This document shows positions 8,327 through 17,766 of a DNA stretch of 64,000 nt, one piece after another. Source of the stretch: an uncultured Clostridia bacterium (GTDB lineage Bacteria; Bacillota; Clostridia; Christensenellales; Aristaeellaceae); contig CAMOVR010000002.1 of assembly GCA_946627565.1 (NCBI GenBank), positions 16,854-80,853 on the forward strand, written 5' to 3'. Position 1 is the first letter of the stretch, and the number at the start of each line of letters is the position of its first letter. A program made the translations under genes and the position numbers. The notes under the pieces were generated by a model. It worked only from the letters and a program-made list of their open reading frames with translations. It was not told where the DNA came from and ran no database searches.

Positions 8327-10636
8327 ATGAGACTGATTCCCATTCGCTGTACGGCGCTTCTGCCCGATACCACAGTCTATCTGCATACAAGTGAACTGCT
8401 CCTGGCAAAGGATGAGAAAATGCCGGAAAAGGGGGAGCAGGTCCTGCTGGTCCCCATGAAGGCCGGAGAAACAGTCTTTGAACCGGAAAGGGCAGAGGAG
8501 CTGCTTTTCCCCATCGGTGTGGTGGGCGCACCTGCCGAATGCCTGTTCCAGGATTACATGGCCTTTGCCACGGATGAGCGGATCATCTGGTCAAATCTGA
8601 CTTCCCAGGGGGATATGTTTGAAGCGGATTTCATGCCCGTTGAGGATACGGATCCTCTGGAACCCTTCGTGGCCGGCATGCGGTATGCCAGGCTCCTGGA
8701 TGCCTTTGCTTCCTTCCTGGATGAAATGCCGGCCGGGGACATGATCAAGCAGCGCATCCTTCCGGGACTGAAATCGGTGGCGGACCTTTTCTGCGTGCTG
8801 ACCGTGTGGCTTAACTGGCAGGGGGAGGACATGGAGTACCTTCTCAATGAGAGCAGTGAAACCAGACGTGTGGACAAGATGGAAGGCATGCTGCAGGAAA
8901 CCATTGCGTCCCTGCGGCTGAGCCATGCCGGCGCCGTGGAGAGGGAAACGGAGAATATCCGCCAGTACCGGGAAGCGGCCATCCGCAAACAGATTTCCTT
9001 CCTGGAAAAGCAGCTGGATGAGCTGCATCCGGAGGCCATATCGGATATACGGCTGTTTGAAAAGCGCCTGGAAGAGAGCGGCATGAACGAGACCGCCATG
9101 AAGGAAGCCCGCCGGGTACTGGCCAGGCTCAAGCAGGAGAACGAACACAGCGCAGAGTATGGTCTTCTGACGGACTATATGGATTTTGTCACGTCCCTGG
9201 ACTGGAAGGAGACGCCCTACGTCCCTGTCAATCTGGAAGAGGCGGAGAAAATCCTGGACCGGGACCACTATGGCCTGAAGGAGGCCAAGCGGCGGGTGGT
9301 GGAACAGATTGCGGTGATGAACCTTACCGGACATGTGTCCGGCTCCATCCTGCTGTTTGTGGGCAGCCCGGGTACGGGCAAGACCAGCATCGGCAGAAGT
9401 GTGGCGGAGGCCATGGGACGCAAGTATGTCCGGGTGTCCCTGGGCGGCGTCCGGGATGAAGCTGACATCCGCGGCCACCGGCGCACCTATATCGGTGCCA
9501 TGCCGGGGCGCATCATGGATGCCATCCATAAATGCGGGGACAATCATCCGGTCATGGTGCTGGATGAAGTGGACAAGCTGTGCGCATCCGTGCAGGGAGA
9601 CCCCGCCAGCGCCCTGCTGGAGGTTCTGGATCCGGAGCAGAACAATACCTTTACGGACCACTACATGAATGTGCCCTATGACCTCTCCCATGTGTTCTTT
9701 ATCTGCACGGCCAATACCACCACTTCCATTCCCGAGCCCCTGCTCAACCGTATGGAGGTGATCCGTTTCCCGGGGTATACGGCCGTGGAGAAGCGGGAGA
9801 TCGGGGAAAGACATCTGCTACCCAGAGCACGGGAAGCTGTGGGCCTGAAGGAAGAAAACCTGACATTGGGTGCCGGGGTCATGGACCAGATCATAGCGGA
9901 ATATACGGCGGAAGCCGGCGTCCGGGCCCTGCGCAAGCGCCTGGATGCCCTGTGCCGGCAGGCTGCCGTCAGGAGCTGGAAACAGAAGGGAAAGGCCCTG
10001 CGGATCACAAAGCGGAATCTTTCCAGCTTCCTTGAGGGTCATCCGATCCATCATGTCCGGGTGCCTGAGAGCCAGAGGAGCGGTGTGGTGACCGGGCTTG
10101 CCTGGACAGCAGCGGGCGGTGACATTCTGTTCATTGAAACCGCCCTTATGGAGGGTAAGGAGCAGGTGCTTCTGACAGGCCAGCTGGGGGATGTCATGAA
10201 GGAATCCGCCAGGATTGCCCTGAGTCTGGTGCAGATCCTGCTGCCGGAGCATGCAGGGAAACTGCGGGACCATGTGGTGCATGTGCATGTACCGGCCGGC
10301 AGTGTGCCCAAGGACGGACCCAGTGCAGGCATTACCATGACCACAGCTCTGGCATCCCTTCTGACGGGCAGGCCTGTGGACCCGGCCCTGGCCATGACAG
10401 GGGAAATCTCCCTGAGGGGCGATGTGACCGCCATAGGCGGGCTGCCGGAAAAGCTCATGGCAGCGGTCCGGGCGGGCGTTACCAGGGTCCTGATTCCCGA
10501 AGAGAACAAAGAGGACCTGGAGGATGTGCCGGATGAGGTACGCAGGCAGCTTGACATCATTCCAGTGAAAACCATCCAGGAAGTCCTGGGTATCGCCGGC
10601 ATTCTGGAAAGCGGAGACAGCGCCCAGAAACAGTAA
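8327..10636 (+). CDS. lon: ATP-dependent Lon protease (endopeptidase La)
   Basis: 769 aa with an N-terminal LON substrate-binding domain, Walker A GSPGTGKTS, Walker B VMVLDEVDK, and a protease domain with VPKDGPSAGITMTTAL (catalytic Ser). Confidence 0.95.
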   Translation: MRLIPIRCTALLPDTTVYLHTSELLLAKDEKMPEKGEQVLLVPMKAGETVFEPERAEELLFPIGVVGAPAECLFQDYMAFATDERIIWSNLTSQGDMFEADFMPVEDTDPLEPFVAGMRYARLLDAFASFLDEMPAGDMIKQRILPGLKSVADLFCVLTVWLNWQGEDMEYLLNESSETRRVDKMEGMLQETIASLRLSHAGAVERETENIRQYREAAIRKQISFLEKQLDELHPEAISDIRLFEKRLEESGMNETAMKEARRVLARLKQENEHSAEYGLLTDYMDFVTSLDWKETPYVPVNLEEAEKILDRDHYGLKEAKRRVVEQIAVMNLTGHVSGSILLFVGSPGTGKTSIGRSVAEAMGRKYVRVSLGGVRDEADIRGHRRTYIGAMPGRIMDAIHKCGDNHPVMVLDEVDKLCASVQGDPASALLEVLDPEQNNTFTDHYMNVPYDLSHVFFICTANTTTSIPEPLLNRMEVIRFPGYTAVEKREIGERHLLPRAREAVGLKEENLTLGAGVMDQIIAEYTAEAGVRALRKRLDALCRQAAVRSWKQKGKALRITKRNLSSFLEGHPIHHVRVPESQRSGVVTGLAWTAAGGDILFIETALMEGKEQVLLTGQLGDVMKESARIALSLVQILLPEHAGKLRDHVVHVHVPAGSVPKDGPSAGITMTTALASLLTGRPVDPALAMTGEISLRGDVTAIGGLPEKLMAAVRAGVTRVLIPEENKEDLEDVPDEVRRQLDIIPVKTIQEVLGIAGILESGDSAQKQ

Positions 10637-10651
10637 ATGTCGGGTTTGGAA

Positions 10652-10681
10652 CAGAAGAAGGCTGTTTTCCTGCCTTTTCTG
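10652..10681 (+). terminator. possible terminator after lon (weak)
   Basis: Imperfect hairpin cagaagaaggc..gccttttctg with one bulge. The T-tract is short and partly inside the stem. Confidence 0.3.
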
Positions 10682-10853
10682 CTGACATGTACCGCAGAAC
10701 CCGTATACTTCTGTTCAGCCGGGGTAAAACCCGGGAGAGAAAACGCTCAGATCATGGGCGCCGTCTGAGATGGCTGCCGGAGTCAGAATGGTCTGCTGCT
10801 GTCTGATGGTATCTGATGAAATACAACGCGATCTGCTTGAGAAAGGAAATGTT

Positions 10854-11597
10854 ATGATCAGACTGGAGCATGTCAGCAAAGTGTACGGAAACAGTGACAG
10901 GAAAGCACTGAACGATCTTTCCATGGAAGTGCCGGGGGGCTGTGTCTATGGATTCCTGGGCCCGAACGGCGCAGGCAAGACCACAGCCATCCGTCTTATC
11001 ACCGGGGTGCTGAAGCCCACGGAGGGGCGGATCCTGGTGGACGGAATCGACGTGGCGGAAAATCCCCTGGAAGTCAAACGCCGCATCGGCTTTGTCCCGG
11101 ACTCCCAGGAAATGTATGAAAAACTCACCGGCATGGAGTACCTGAATTTCATGGCGGACATCTTCGGTGTCAGCGTGAAGGACAGGAAGGAGAGGGCAGA
11201 AAAGTATCTGGCCACCTTTGAACTGGAGAGTGCAGCCGGACAGAGAATCCAGGGCTATTCCCGCGGCATGAAGCAGAAGCTGGCGGTGATCGGGGCCCTG
11301 ATCCATGATCCCGCGGTATGGATCCTGGACGAACCCATGGTGGGCCTGGACCCCAGGGCATCCTTCCTGCTGAAGGAGGAACTGCGGGCAAGGGCGGAGG
11401 CAGGCGTCACCGTCTTCTTCTCCACCCATGTACTGGAGGTGGCGGAGCGGCTGTGCGACCGGGTGAGCATCATCAATCATGGACACCTGATCGCTGAGGG
11501 TACGCCGGAGGAACTCCGCAGCGGTGAGCATGCCGCATCCCTGGAAGAACTGTTCCTTGAGCTTACGGAGGATTCGGAGGAAGGTGAAGGCGCATGA
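10854..11597 (+). CDS. ABC transporter ATP-binding protein
   Basis: ATG at 10854 (MIRLEHVSKVY..) after AAAGGA. Walker A GPNGAGKTT, signature YSRGMKQKL, Walker B VWILDEP. Overlaps the permease gene start (ATGA). Confidence 0.92.
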   Translation: MIRLEHVSKVYGNSDRKALNDLSMEVPGGCVYGFLGPNGAGKTTAIRLITGVLKPTEGRILVDGIDVAENPLEVKRRIGFVPDSQEMYEKLTGMEYLNFMADIFGVSVKDRKERAEKYLATFELESAAGQRIQGYSRGMKQKLAVIGALIHDPAVWILDEPMVGLDPRASFLLKEELRARAEAGVTVFFSTHVLEVAERLCDRVSIINHGHLIAEGTPEELRSGEHAASLEELFLELTEDSEEGEGA

Positions 11598-13240
11598 GGA
11601 ATTACAGGATTCTCACTGCCTTCCAGCTGAAGAACATGCTCTATTCCATGAACCCCTTTGATTCCATCGGGAAAAAGGGGAAAGCCAGGTACCGGGGCAT
11701 CCTGGTATGCCTGCTGCTGATCATGGCGGTGGGAAGTGTGGTTTTCCTGGAATTTGAAATGAATCAGGTGCTCTCTACGATACGCCAGCAGGCCATTTTA
11801 CCGGGACTTGCCCTGATGATCTGTATGATGTCCACCCTGGTGCTGGGCCTGTTCCAGTGTCTTTCCGAACTCTATCAGGGGCGGGATGCTGTTTTCCTGT
11901 CCGTGCTGCCCCTTTCGTCCAGACAGATTCTGACGGCAAGGCTGGCCACGCTGTATGTGTCGGAACTGGCCATAAATGCCGTCCTTCTGATGCCCGCCAC
12001 GGTTCTGTACGCCCTGAGCACGGACGAGGCGGTCACCGTTATCCTCCGGGGCCTGCTGGTGGTCCTGTTCTCCCCGGCGATACCCCTGGCGGTGGTGTCC
12101 CTTATCTCGTATTTCCTGATGCGGATCTCCGGCTTTGCAAAACACAGGGAAACCATCACCATGGCTCTGAGCCTGGTTCTGGCCATAGCCTGGTCCGTGT
12201 TTGTCACCCTCAACAACAGTTCAAATGACGAACAGATGTCTTCCCTGGTTATGCTCCTTCTTAAGGAAAACGGGCTGCTGCAGATGCTCACCAGCCGTAT
12301 CCCGCCGGTGCGCTGGGGCGCGGAGGGAATCTGCGGGAATGTGCCGCTGTGCCTTCTGTTTGTGGGAGTATCCTGTCTGGCCATGCTTCTTCCCATCTTT
12401 GTCTGCGGCCCCGGTTATCTGGAACAGGCGCTGAGCCTGACAGAGCAGACCATGACGACAAAGAGCAGGAAGATCCGGCAGACGGACTGGAAGGAATCCT
12501 CCCGCTTCATGGCCCAGTACATGCTGGAATGGCGCATGATCCTCAGAACGCCGGCCTGGATGATGAACTCCCTGATGGGCGTCATCATGTTCCCCCTGAT
12601 GATCGGCATAGGTGTGATTGCAGGGGTCAGCAACAATGCGGGCCCTGAGATGATGACACAGCTGCAGGAAATCACCCGGAATGCGGACCAGGGCTGGGTT
12701 CTGCTGATCGGCATTGCGGTGATCTGCATGGGCTGCATGGTCAATCCTGCCGTGGCCACGGCGTATTCCCGGGAGGGCGGCCGCTTCAGTGCTGCGCTGA
12801 CATGGCCGATCCTGGAAAGGACCAGGATGCATGCCAAACTGGCCATGGGTCTTTCCGTGAATCTGCTGTGCGGTTTCATGATTGCCTGCGTGAACTTTTT
12901 CACCGTGCGGGCTCCGCTTCTCACCGTTGCAGGGGCCTTTGTGATGGCTCAGCTCATAGGTCTTGCCACATCCGCCTTTTCCCTGCTTATTGATATGTGC
13001 TACCCCCGCCTGAGCTATATCAACGAAATGCAGGCCATAAAGCAGAACATGCATGTGGGCCTGTCCATGGCCATCTGGCTGGTATGCGTCATCCTGGCCG
13101 GTGTGCCCGTCATCTGGACCTGGAATCTTGGCGGCATGGCCGCTGCAGGCATAACCTGCGGGGTGATTGTGCTGGAAAGCGCAGTTTCCATGGTGCTTCT
13201 GGAACGGGCTGCCGCAAAGCCCCGTTACCTTCCTGACTGA
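11594..13240 (+). CDS. multi-pass membrane protein, putative ABC exporter permease
   Basis: 548 aa with about 12 hydrophobic segments, translationally coupled to the ATPase gene. Family assignment rests on context only. Confidence 0.7.
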   Translation: MRNYRILTAFQLKNMLYSMNPFDSIGKKGKARYRGILVCLLLIMAVGSVVFLEFEMNQVLSTIRQQAILPGLALMICMMSTLVLGLFQCLSELYQGRDAVFLSVLPLSSRQILTARLATLYVSELAINAVLLMPATVLYALSTDEAVTVILRGLLVVLFSPAIPLAVVSLISYFLMRISGFAKHRETITMALSLVLAIAWSVFVTLNNSSNDEQMSSLVMLLLKENGLLQMLTSRIPPVRWGAEGICGNVPLCLLFVGVSCLAMLLPIFVCGPGYLEQALSLTEQTMTTKSRKIRQTDWKESSRFMAQYMLEWRMILRTPAWMMNSLMGVIMFPLMIGIGVIAGVSNNAGPEMMTQLQEITRNADQGWVLLIGIAVICMGCMVNPAVATAYSREGGRFSAALTWPILERTRMHAKLAMGLSVNLLCGFMIACVNFFTVRAPLLTVAGAFVMAQLIGLATSAFSLLIDMCYPRLSYINEMQAIKQNMHVGLSMAIWLVCVILAGVPVIWTWNLGGMAAAGITCGVIVLESAVSMVLLERAAAKPRYLPD

Positions 13241-13281
13241 CATGAAAAAAGCTGCAGATCTCTGCAGCTTTTTTCATGTCA
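13238..13281. terminator. bidirectional intrinsic terminator
   Basis: Perfect 21-nt arms tgacatgaaaaaagctgcaga / tctgcagcttttttcatgtca that include both convergent stop codons. A6/T6 tracts occur on both sides. Confidence 0.8.
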
Positions 13282-14203
13282 GGAGCAGCTGACCCAGCCG
13301 GAGAACCGGGTCCTGCATAAGGTAGTTTCCCCGCATAAGCAGCCCGGGACGGCGCCATTTGGGCTGACGGGGTATTTCCAGAAAACGGTTTACCACATTC
13401 TTCGCTTCATCCGGCAGGGCATTTCCGTAGTATGCAAGAAAGCTTTGGGCCTGGGTGTAGTTTAATAGAATCCTTTTTTTCGCTTTCTCCGGCATGGTCA
13501 GGGCTTTGAGCACACGGCCGGGAATTCCGGAGGTGCTGGCCCCTACAGCATTGTCCCCGTGCTGCCGGTAGCTGACCAGGGGCCGGGGTACAAAGACAAT
13601 GTGTCCGAAGGCTGCTGCGGTCTGGGCAAGGAACCAGTCATGCATGAAGATGCCGCTGTTTTTTGCATGCCGGGACGCCAGCTGCCTGAGGGGCTCGTTG
13701 ATGAGGACGGAACAGCCGGTGACGTTGTTCTGCACCAGGAGATTCTGCAGGGAAGCCGCCTCCGGGTTCCATTTCTGGTGACCGAAGAAACTTTCATGGA
13801 TGGGACTGCCGTCTTCTGAAACCACCCGGAGGTCAGAATGCACCAGGATGGGTGTATCGCTGCCCCACTGAGCCTCAGCCCGGGAAAGAGCCTCCAGACA
13901 GGTTTCCAGTCTGTCCGGCATCCAGATATCATCCTGGTCACACAGGGCTGCCGGTCCCCGGGTCTGCTGCAGCATGCTCAGAAAATTGCCGGGGGCGCCC
14001 AGGTGCTGTCCCTGGTTTGCACCGAAAACCACATTGGGCTGAGAGCCGGCAAAATCTTTCAGGACATCCGCAGAGCTGTCTGTGGAACCGTCATCCTGCA
14101 CCAGAAGCCTGAAGGGCACAGTCTGCCGGCTGAGGGACTGCAGCTGCTCGGGCAGATAGGGGAGCCCGTTATAGACCGCCAGCAGGACGGAGACGTTCAC
14201 CAT
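13274..14203 (-). CDS. family-2 glycosyltransferase
   Basis: MVNVSVLLAVYNGLPYLPEQLQSLSRQT..LLVQDDGSTDSS is a GT-A/DXD-type N-terminus. An alternative ATG lies at 14215. Either start overlaps the upstream GT2 stop at 14197. Confidence 0.85.
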   Translation of the reverse strand: MVNVSVLLAVYNGLPYLPEQLQSLSRQTVPFRLLVQDDGSTDSSADVLKDFAGSQPNVVFGANQGQHLGAPGNFLSMLQQTRGPAALCDQDDIWMPDRLETCLEALSRAEAQWGSDTPILVHSDLRVVSEDGSPIHESFFGHQKWNPEAASLQNLLVQNNVTGCSVLINEPLRQLASRHAKNSGIFMHDWFLAQTAAAFGHIVFVPRPLVSYRQHGDNAVGASTSGIPGRVLKALTMPEKAKKRILLNYTQAQSFLAYYGNALPDEAKNVVNRFLEIPRQPKWRRPGLLMRGNYLMQDPVLRLGQLLLT

Positions 14204-14970
14204 CTGAACCCCCATTTCCAGAAGAACTGCAGGGCGGAGCGGATATGAACCCAGCGCAGATAGGGAGACCTTGCGTCCTCCCGGTTCCAGACATGGGTCA
14301 CATGCATATCCGGATGATAGACCACATGTCCGTACTGAAGGGCCTTCAGCGTCAGGTCACTGTCTTCCAGATAGAGGAAATAGCGCGGATCAAAACCCTG
14401 CATTCTGTTGAGAATATGGCTGCGGACCATCATGAAACAGCCCGTGGCAAATTCCACGTCAATGGGTTCGGTGATCTCCTCATTGCGCATGGTGTACTCG
14501 TCCCGCCAGGTTGTAAAAGGCTTCCCGAACTTTTCCAGGGGGCCGCCCAGGAGATAGCGGACAGTGGGCCTGCGGTGGGGCAGGTGCTGTTCTTCACCGT
14601 TGGGGAAGAAGACCCGGGGAGAGAGAATGATGATGTCGTGATGGGCATCCATATAGTCAGCCATGCGGGAGACCAGATCCGGTTCAAAGGTGATGTCCGG
14701 GTTCAGAATGATATGGTAGGTGGAAGTCAGGTGCGGCAGGACGACATTGTTGGCCCTCCCGTACCCGATGTTCTTTTTCTGAGGGAAAAAGACAGTGGAG
14801 GGGTCCATGTTGTATATGATTTTCTGAACCGTGTCCTGATTGCTGTTGTCCACCACATACAGCCGGATGCGTTCGGTGGAACGGATCAGGCATCCCACGG
14901 AACGCTGGACCGTGGCTGAAGGCGTATTGTACAGGACCATACAGGCGGAAATGCGGGGATCGTCAATCAT
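14197..14970 (-). CDS. family-2 glycosyltransferase (rhamnosyltransferase-like)
   Basis: ATG at 14970 (MIDDPRISACMVLYNTP..VVDNSNQD..) preceded by GGAGG. The longer ORF to 15147 crosses the upstream terminator. Confidence 0.85.
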   Translation of the reverse strand: MIDDPRISACMVLYNTPSATVQRSVGCLIRSTERIRLYVVDNSNQDTVQKIIYNMDPSTVFFPQKKNIGYGRANNVVLPHLTSTYHIILNPDITFEPDLVSRMADYMDAHHDIIILSPRVFFPNGEEQHLPHRRPTVRYLLGGPLEKFGKPFTTWRDEYTMRNEEITEPIDVEFATGCFMMVRSHILNRMQGFDPRYFLYLEDSDLTLKALQYGHVVYHPDMHVTHVWNREDARSPYLRWVHIRSALQFFWKWGFRW

Positions 14971-15083
14971 GGGTAACCTCCAAACAAGGAATCTGATCGG
15001 ACTGCAGATAAAAAAACTGCACTTCAGATAGATTGTAAACTTGGAGCGCATTTTTGACAAGGGAATATCCGTATGCTGCAGAG

Positions 15084-15110
15084 CAAAACCCGCTGCCTTC
15101 CGGCAGCGGG
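15084..15110 (-). terminator. intrinsic terminator after the DUF4956 gene
   Basis: On the minus strand: cccgctgcc-ggaa-ggcagcggg followed by TTTTG, 12 nt after the stop. Confidence 0.7.
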
Positions 15111-15121
15111 CCTTATTGCGT

Positions 15122-15793
15122 TTACAGCTGGGTCTGATTTTCCACATAGGGCAGAACGGAGATCTCCAGATTGCCGTTCCTGGTGCGCAGTTCGTCGATG
15201 AAGGCCTTTTCTTCGGAAGGGTTCTTCATCCGGATCCGGAAGGAGAGACGGAACATGGAGCCCATGCCGGTGGTCTTGACGCCTGCATTTTCCACGCTCT
15301 TCAGATAATGATCAAAGGTGTCCTTGAACACATCGGTGTAATCCAGGGATTCCGGAATGGTGATGCGCAGGAGCTTTTCCCCCATCAGGGAAGCATGGTC
15401 AAAGATCTTAAGGGAAGAGAGGAGAAGGAAGATGAGTCCCAGCACCAGAAGGGAGAGAATGCCATAGGCTACATAGCCCATGCCGAAAGCCACACCGGAA
15501 GCCATGGTGATCAGGATGGTGGCGATTTCATCGGAAGTACCCTGGGCGGAACGGAAGCGGATCAGGGCAAAGGCACCGCCGAAGGCCACGCCGGCACCGA
15601 TGTTGCCGTTGACGAAGGTCAGTACCATGCCCACCACAAAGGGAATCAGGGATGTGACGATAAAGAAGCGGCGGTTTGCCCGGATCCGGAAGGAGGCCAG
15701 ATAGGAAAAGAGTACACCGGAGAAAAGGGATGCGCATGCCATGATAAAGAACTGGGTGGGTGTAACGCTAAGGGAATAAATGGAATCGAACAT
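15122..15793 (-). CDS. DUF4956-family membrane protein
   Basis: 223 aa. The N-terminal multi-TM part includes the conserved-looking FALIRFRSA segment and is followed by a ~90-aa soluble C-terminal domain. It sits immediately downstream of a VTC-domain gene, as is usual for this family. Confidence 0.75.
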   Translation of the reverse strand: MFDSIYSLSVTPTQFFIMACASLFSGVLFSYLASFRIRANRRFFIVTSLIPFVVGMVLTFVNGNIGAGVAFGGAFALIRFRSAQGTSDEIATILITMASGVAFGMGYVAYGILSLLVLGLIFLLLSSLKIFDHASLMGEKLLRITIPESLDYTDVFKDTFDHYLKSVENAGVKTTGMGSMFRLSFRIRMKNPSEEKAFIDELRTRNGNLEISVLPYVENQTQL

Positions 15794-15808
15794 GATATTC
15801 TATCCTCC

Positions 15809-16513
15809 TCAATGAACCGCGGAGCGGACAATCTGCTGCCTGAATGCTTCACCGTATTTTGAAAAACTGTTTTTGTAGATATGACCCTGGTCCAGGATCC
15901 TGGAAAGCCACATGGGCACAGCCTGCTGGACTTTGATTTCCAGGATAGTGTCACCCTCCGGCCTCAGGAGCGTCCCGTCCATGGAGGTGGACAGGTTCAG
16001 ATCACTGACCCGGTAGCGGGGATTGTAGTCTATGGTCAGCCGCAGATCCCCGCCGGGTTCATAGTACGCTTCCCGGTCATAGATGATGAGGCAGGAAGGA
16101 ACAAGGGAACCGTAGAAGTCCCTGAACCAGGTAATTTCCCGGTTGATCTGGCCGCCTGCACAGATATCGCCGCTGCCGGCAAAGAATTTATCCACCAGGG
16201 GGATGGTGCTCTGGACCCGGCGCTTGTAGACAACGCCGTAGGCCTTGCGCTTGAGCTCCAGAAAGACCGGGGAGGAATCCGTGGCGAGGCCGTAGCTGCG
16301 CAGACGGATCTTTTCCTTGAACAGGGGCTTTTCCAGAGATGTGCGGATCAGCCTGTAGTCCGGGGTGTCGTAATAAAGGGAAGCGATGCTGGTGCGCCCG
16401 TACTGGTCAAGGCACATATGTCCTTCAAGCTGCCTGACCAGGTATTCTGTCTGCGCGGCATTGAGCAGGTATTTCAGCTCATAGCGCATCATGACGACAA
16501 TTGGTCCTGCCAT
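15809..16513 (-). CDS. VTC-domain protein (polyphosphate-polymerase-like tunnel domain)
   Basis: 234 aa. The N-terminal RYELKYLL motif and basic beta-strand pattern (..FKEKIRLRSY..FLELKRKAYGVVYKRR..) match bacterial VTC domains. GGGAGG RBS 6 nt upstream of the ATG at 16513. Confidence 0.75.
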   Translation of the reverse strand: MAGPIVVMMRYELKYLLNAAQTEYLVRQLEGHMCLDQYGRTSIASLYYDTPDYRLIRTSLEKPLFKEKIRLRSYGLATDSSPVFLELKRKAYGVVYKRRVQSTIPLVDKFFAGSGDICAGGQINREITWFRDFYGSLVPSCLIIYDREAYYEPGGDLRLTIDYNPRYRVSDLNLSTSMDGTLLRPEGDTILEIKVQQAVPMWLSRILDQGHIYKNSFSKYGEAFRQQIVRSAVH

Positions 16514-16530
16514 GGTTTACCTCCCTCAGA

Positions 16531-17766
16531 TTACAGACGTATGGTAAGGGTAAAGACACCGCCGTCTGCTTTGGCGTGTGCACGTCCGTTCAGAAGCTGC
16601 ACGGTTTCTCTGACCCTGGCCAGCCCCAGGCCGTAGCCGGGCACATCCTGTGCGTTTTCAAGTCTTGTGAAGCGGTCAAACACCTGATCCAGACTGCCGT
16701 CGGGAAGGGATGTATCGTTTCTCGTCTCTATGGTGATCCGGCCGCCGGTTTCCTTCAGTTCAATCTCAAACCAGGACAGGGCATATTTCCGTCCGTTTTC
16801 GATCAGCTCCCGTATCAGCGCGGCAGTTTCTTCACCGTTGCCGCTTATCTCAATGGGGGTGTCCGTTTCCGGGAGCATGCGGATCTGACAGCGCCTTTCC
16901 TCAAAGGACGGCATGGCGGAATCCACGCAGCGTCTTGCCAGGGAAGTGAGGTCGAAGCGGATGTCAGCATGCTCTTCGTCCGGCAGGTTCTGATCTGGCA
17001 GCTGCCGGATGATATCCGTCATGTGCCGGACCTGTCTTAGGATGGTCCGCGTCTCATCGCTTTCCCCGTGCGCCCGCTCCAGAAGTTCCGTATTGGCTTC
17101 AATCAATGTCAGGGGCATGCGGAAGGTGCTGCTGACGTCCCGGGTGAAGTGCCGCTGCTTCCGCTCAGCTTCTTCCAGGGGCCTGTAGAGCTTCCGGCTG
17201 AGGAGCGTGAGCAGGATGGCGCTGATGAAGGTTCCCAGCACCAGGCCGGCGATGGAGATCAGGAGGATGCGGTAGGAGGGTACAAGCTCACGGCTCTGGT
17301 CCACCACCGTGACAAAGGTGCGGTCCTTGATGGTATAGATCCGGTAGCGGTACGTAATACCGGTCCATCCGGTTTCACTGCCGGATTTTTCCAGCAGGGA
17401 GAGGGCCCAGCTGATGGCCTCATCCTGGGAAACGGCGGAAATGGAATAATGAACCAGTTCGCCGCCGTTGCGGTCTGCATCCAGGGCATATGTGAAGTAC
17501 CGCAGGGAAGGAGTGAGATCCGGGGACATGGGTGTATTGAATCCGAATCCTCCGAATGGACTGGTTCTTCTGCCGCGGCCCGGCATGGCAAAGCTGTTTT
17601 CCTGCTGCAGGATGCCGTTGTTCTGAGCAATGATGCCGGTGATGTGGTCCCCGTCTTCGCTGACAACGGTGAAGTTGACGCCGTTGATGATCAGCAGCAG
17701 GATGGAAAGAAGGGCAAATACGGAAATGGTGGCAAACAGGATCAGCCGTTTTCTTGCTTTGTTCAT
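16531..17766 (-). CDS. sensor histidine-kinase-like protein (H-box apparently lacks the phospho-His)
   Basis: 411 aa with two TM helices flanking a ~140-aa extracytoplasmic domain. The DHp-like segment reads QRHFTRDVSSTFRMPL, against the canonical ..SHELRTPL. N-box LIENGRKYA and G2 GYGLGL are present, but G1 is not evident. Confidence 0.8.
   Translation of the reverse strand: MNKARKRLILFATISVFALLSILLLIINGVNFTVVSEDGDHITGIIAQNNGILQQENSFAMPGRGRRTSPFGGFGFNTPMSPDLTPSLRYFTYALDADRNGGELVHYSISAVSQDEAISWALSLLEKSGSETGWTGITYRYRIYTIKDRTFVTVVDQSRELVPSYRILLISIAGLVLGTFISAILLTLLSRKLYRPLEEAERKQRHFTRDVSSTFRMPLTLIEANTELLERAHGESDETRTILRQVRHMTDIIRQLPDQNLPDEEHADIRFDLTSLARRCVDSAMPSFEERRCQIRMLPETDTPIEISGNGEETAALIRELIENGRKYALSWFEIELKETGGRITIETRNDTSLPDGSLDQVFDRFTRLENAQDVPGYGLGLARVRETVQLLNGRAHAKADGGVFTLTIRL

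Noticed and set aside
10637-10853. 217-nt spacer between lon and the ABC ATPase gene, with several small hairpins (ccggggtaaaacccgg; ctcaga..tctgag); considered as a riboswitch or sRNA
   Set aside because: No consensus of a riboswitch class I know is recognisable, and the hairpins are short. Without a covariance-model search this cannot be supported.
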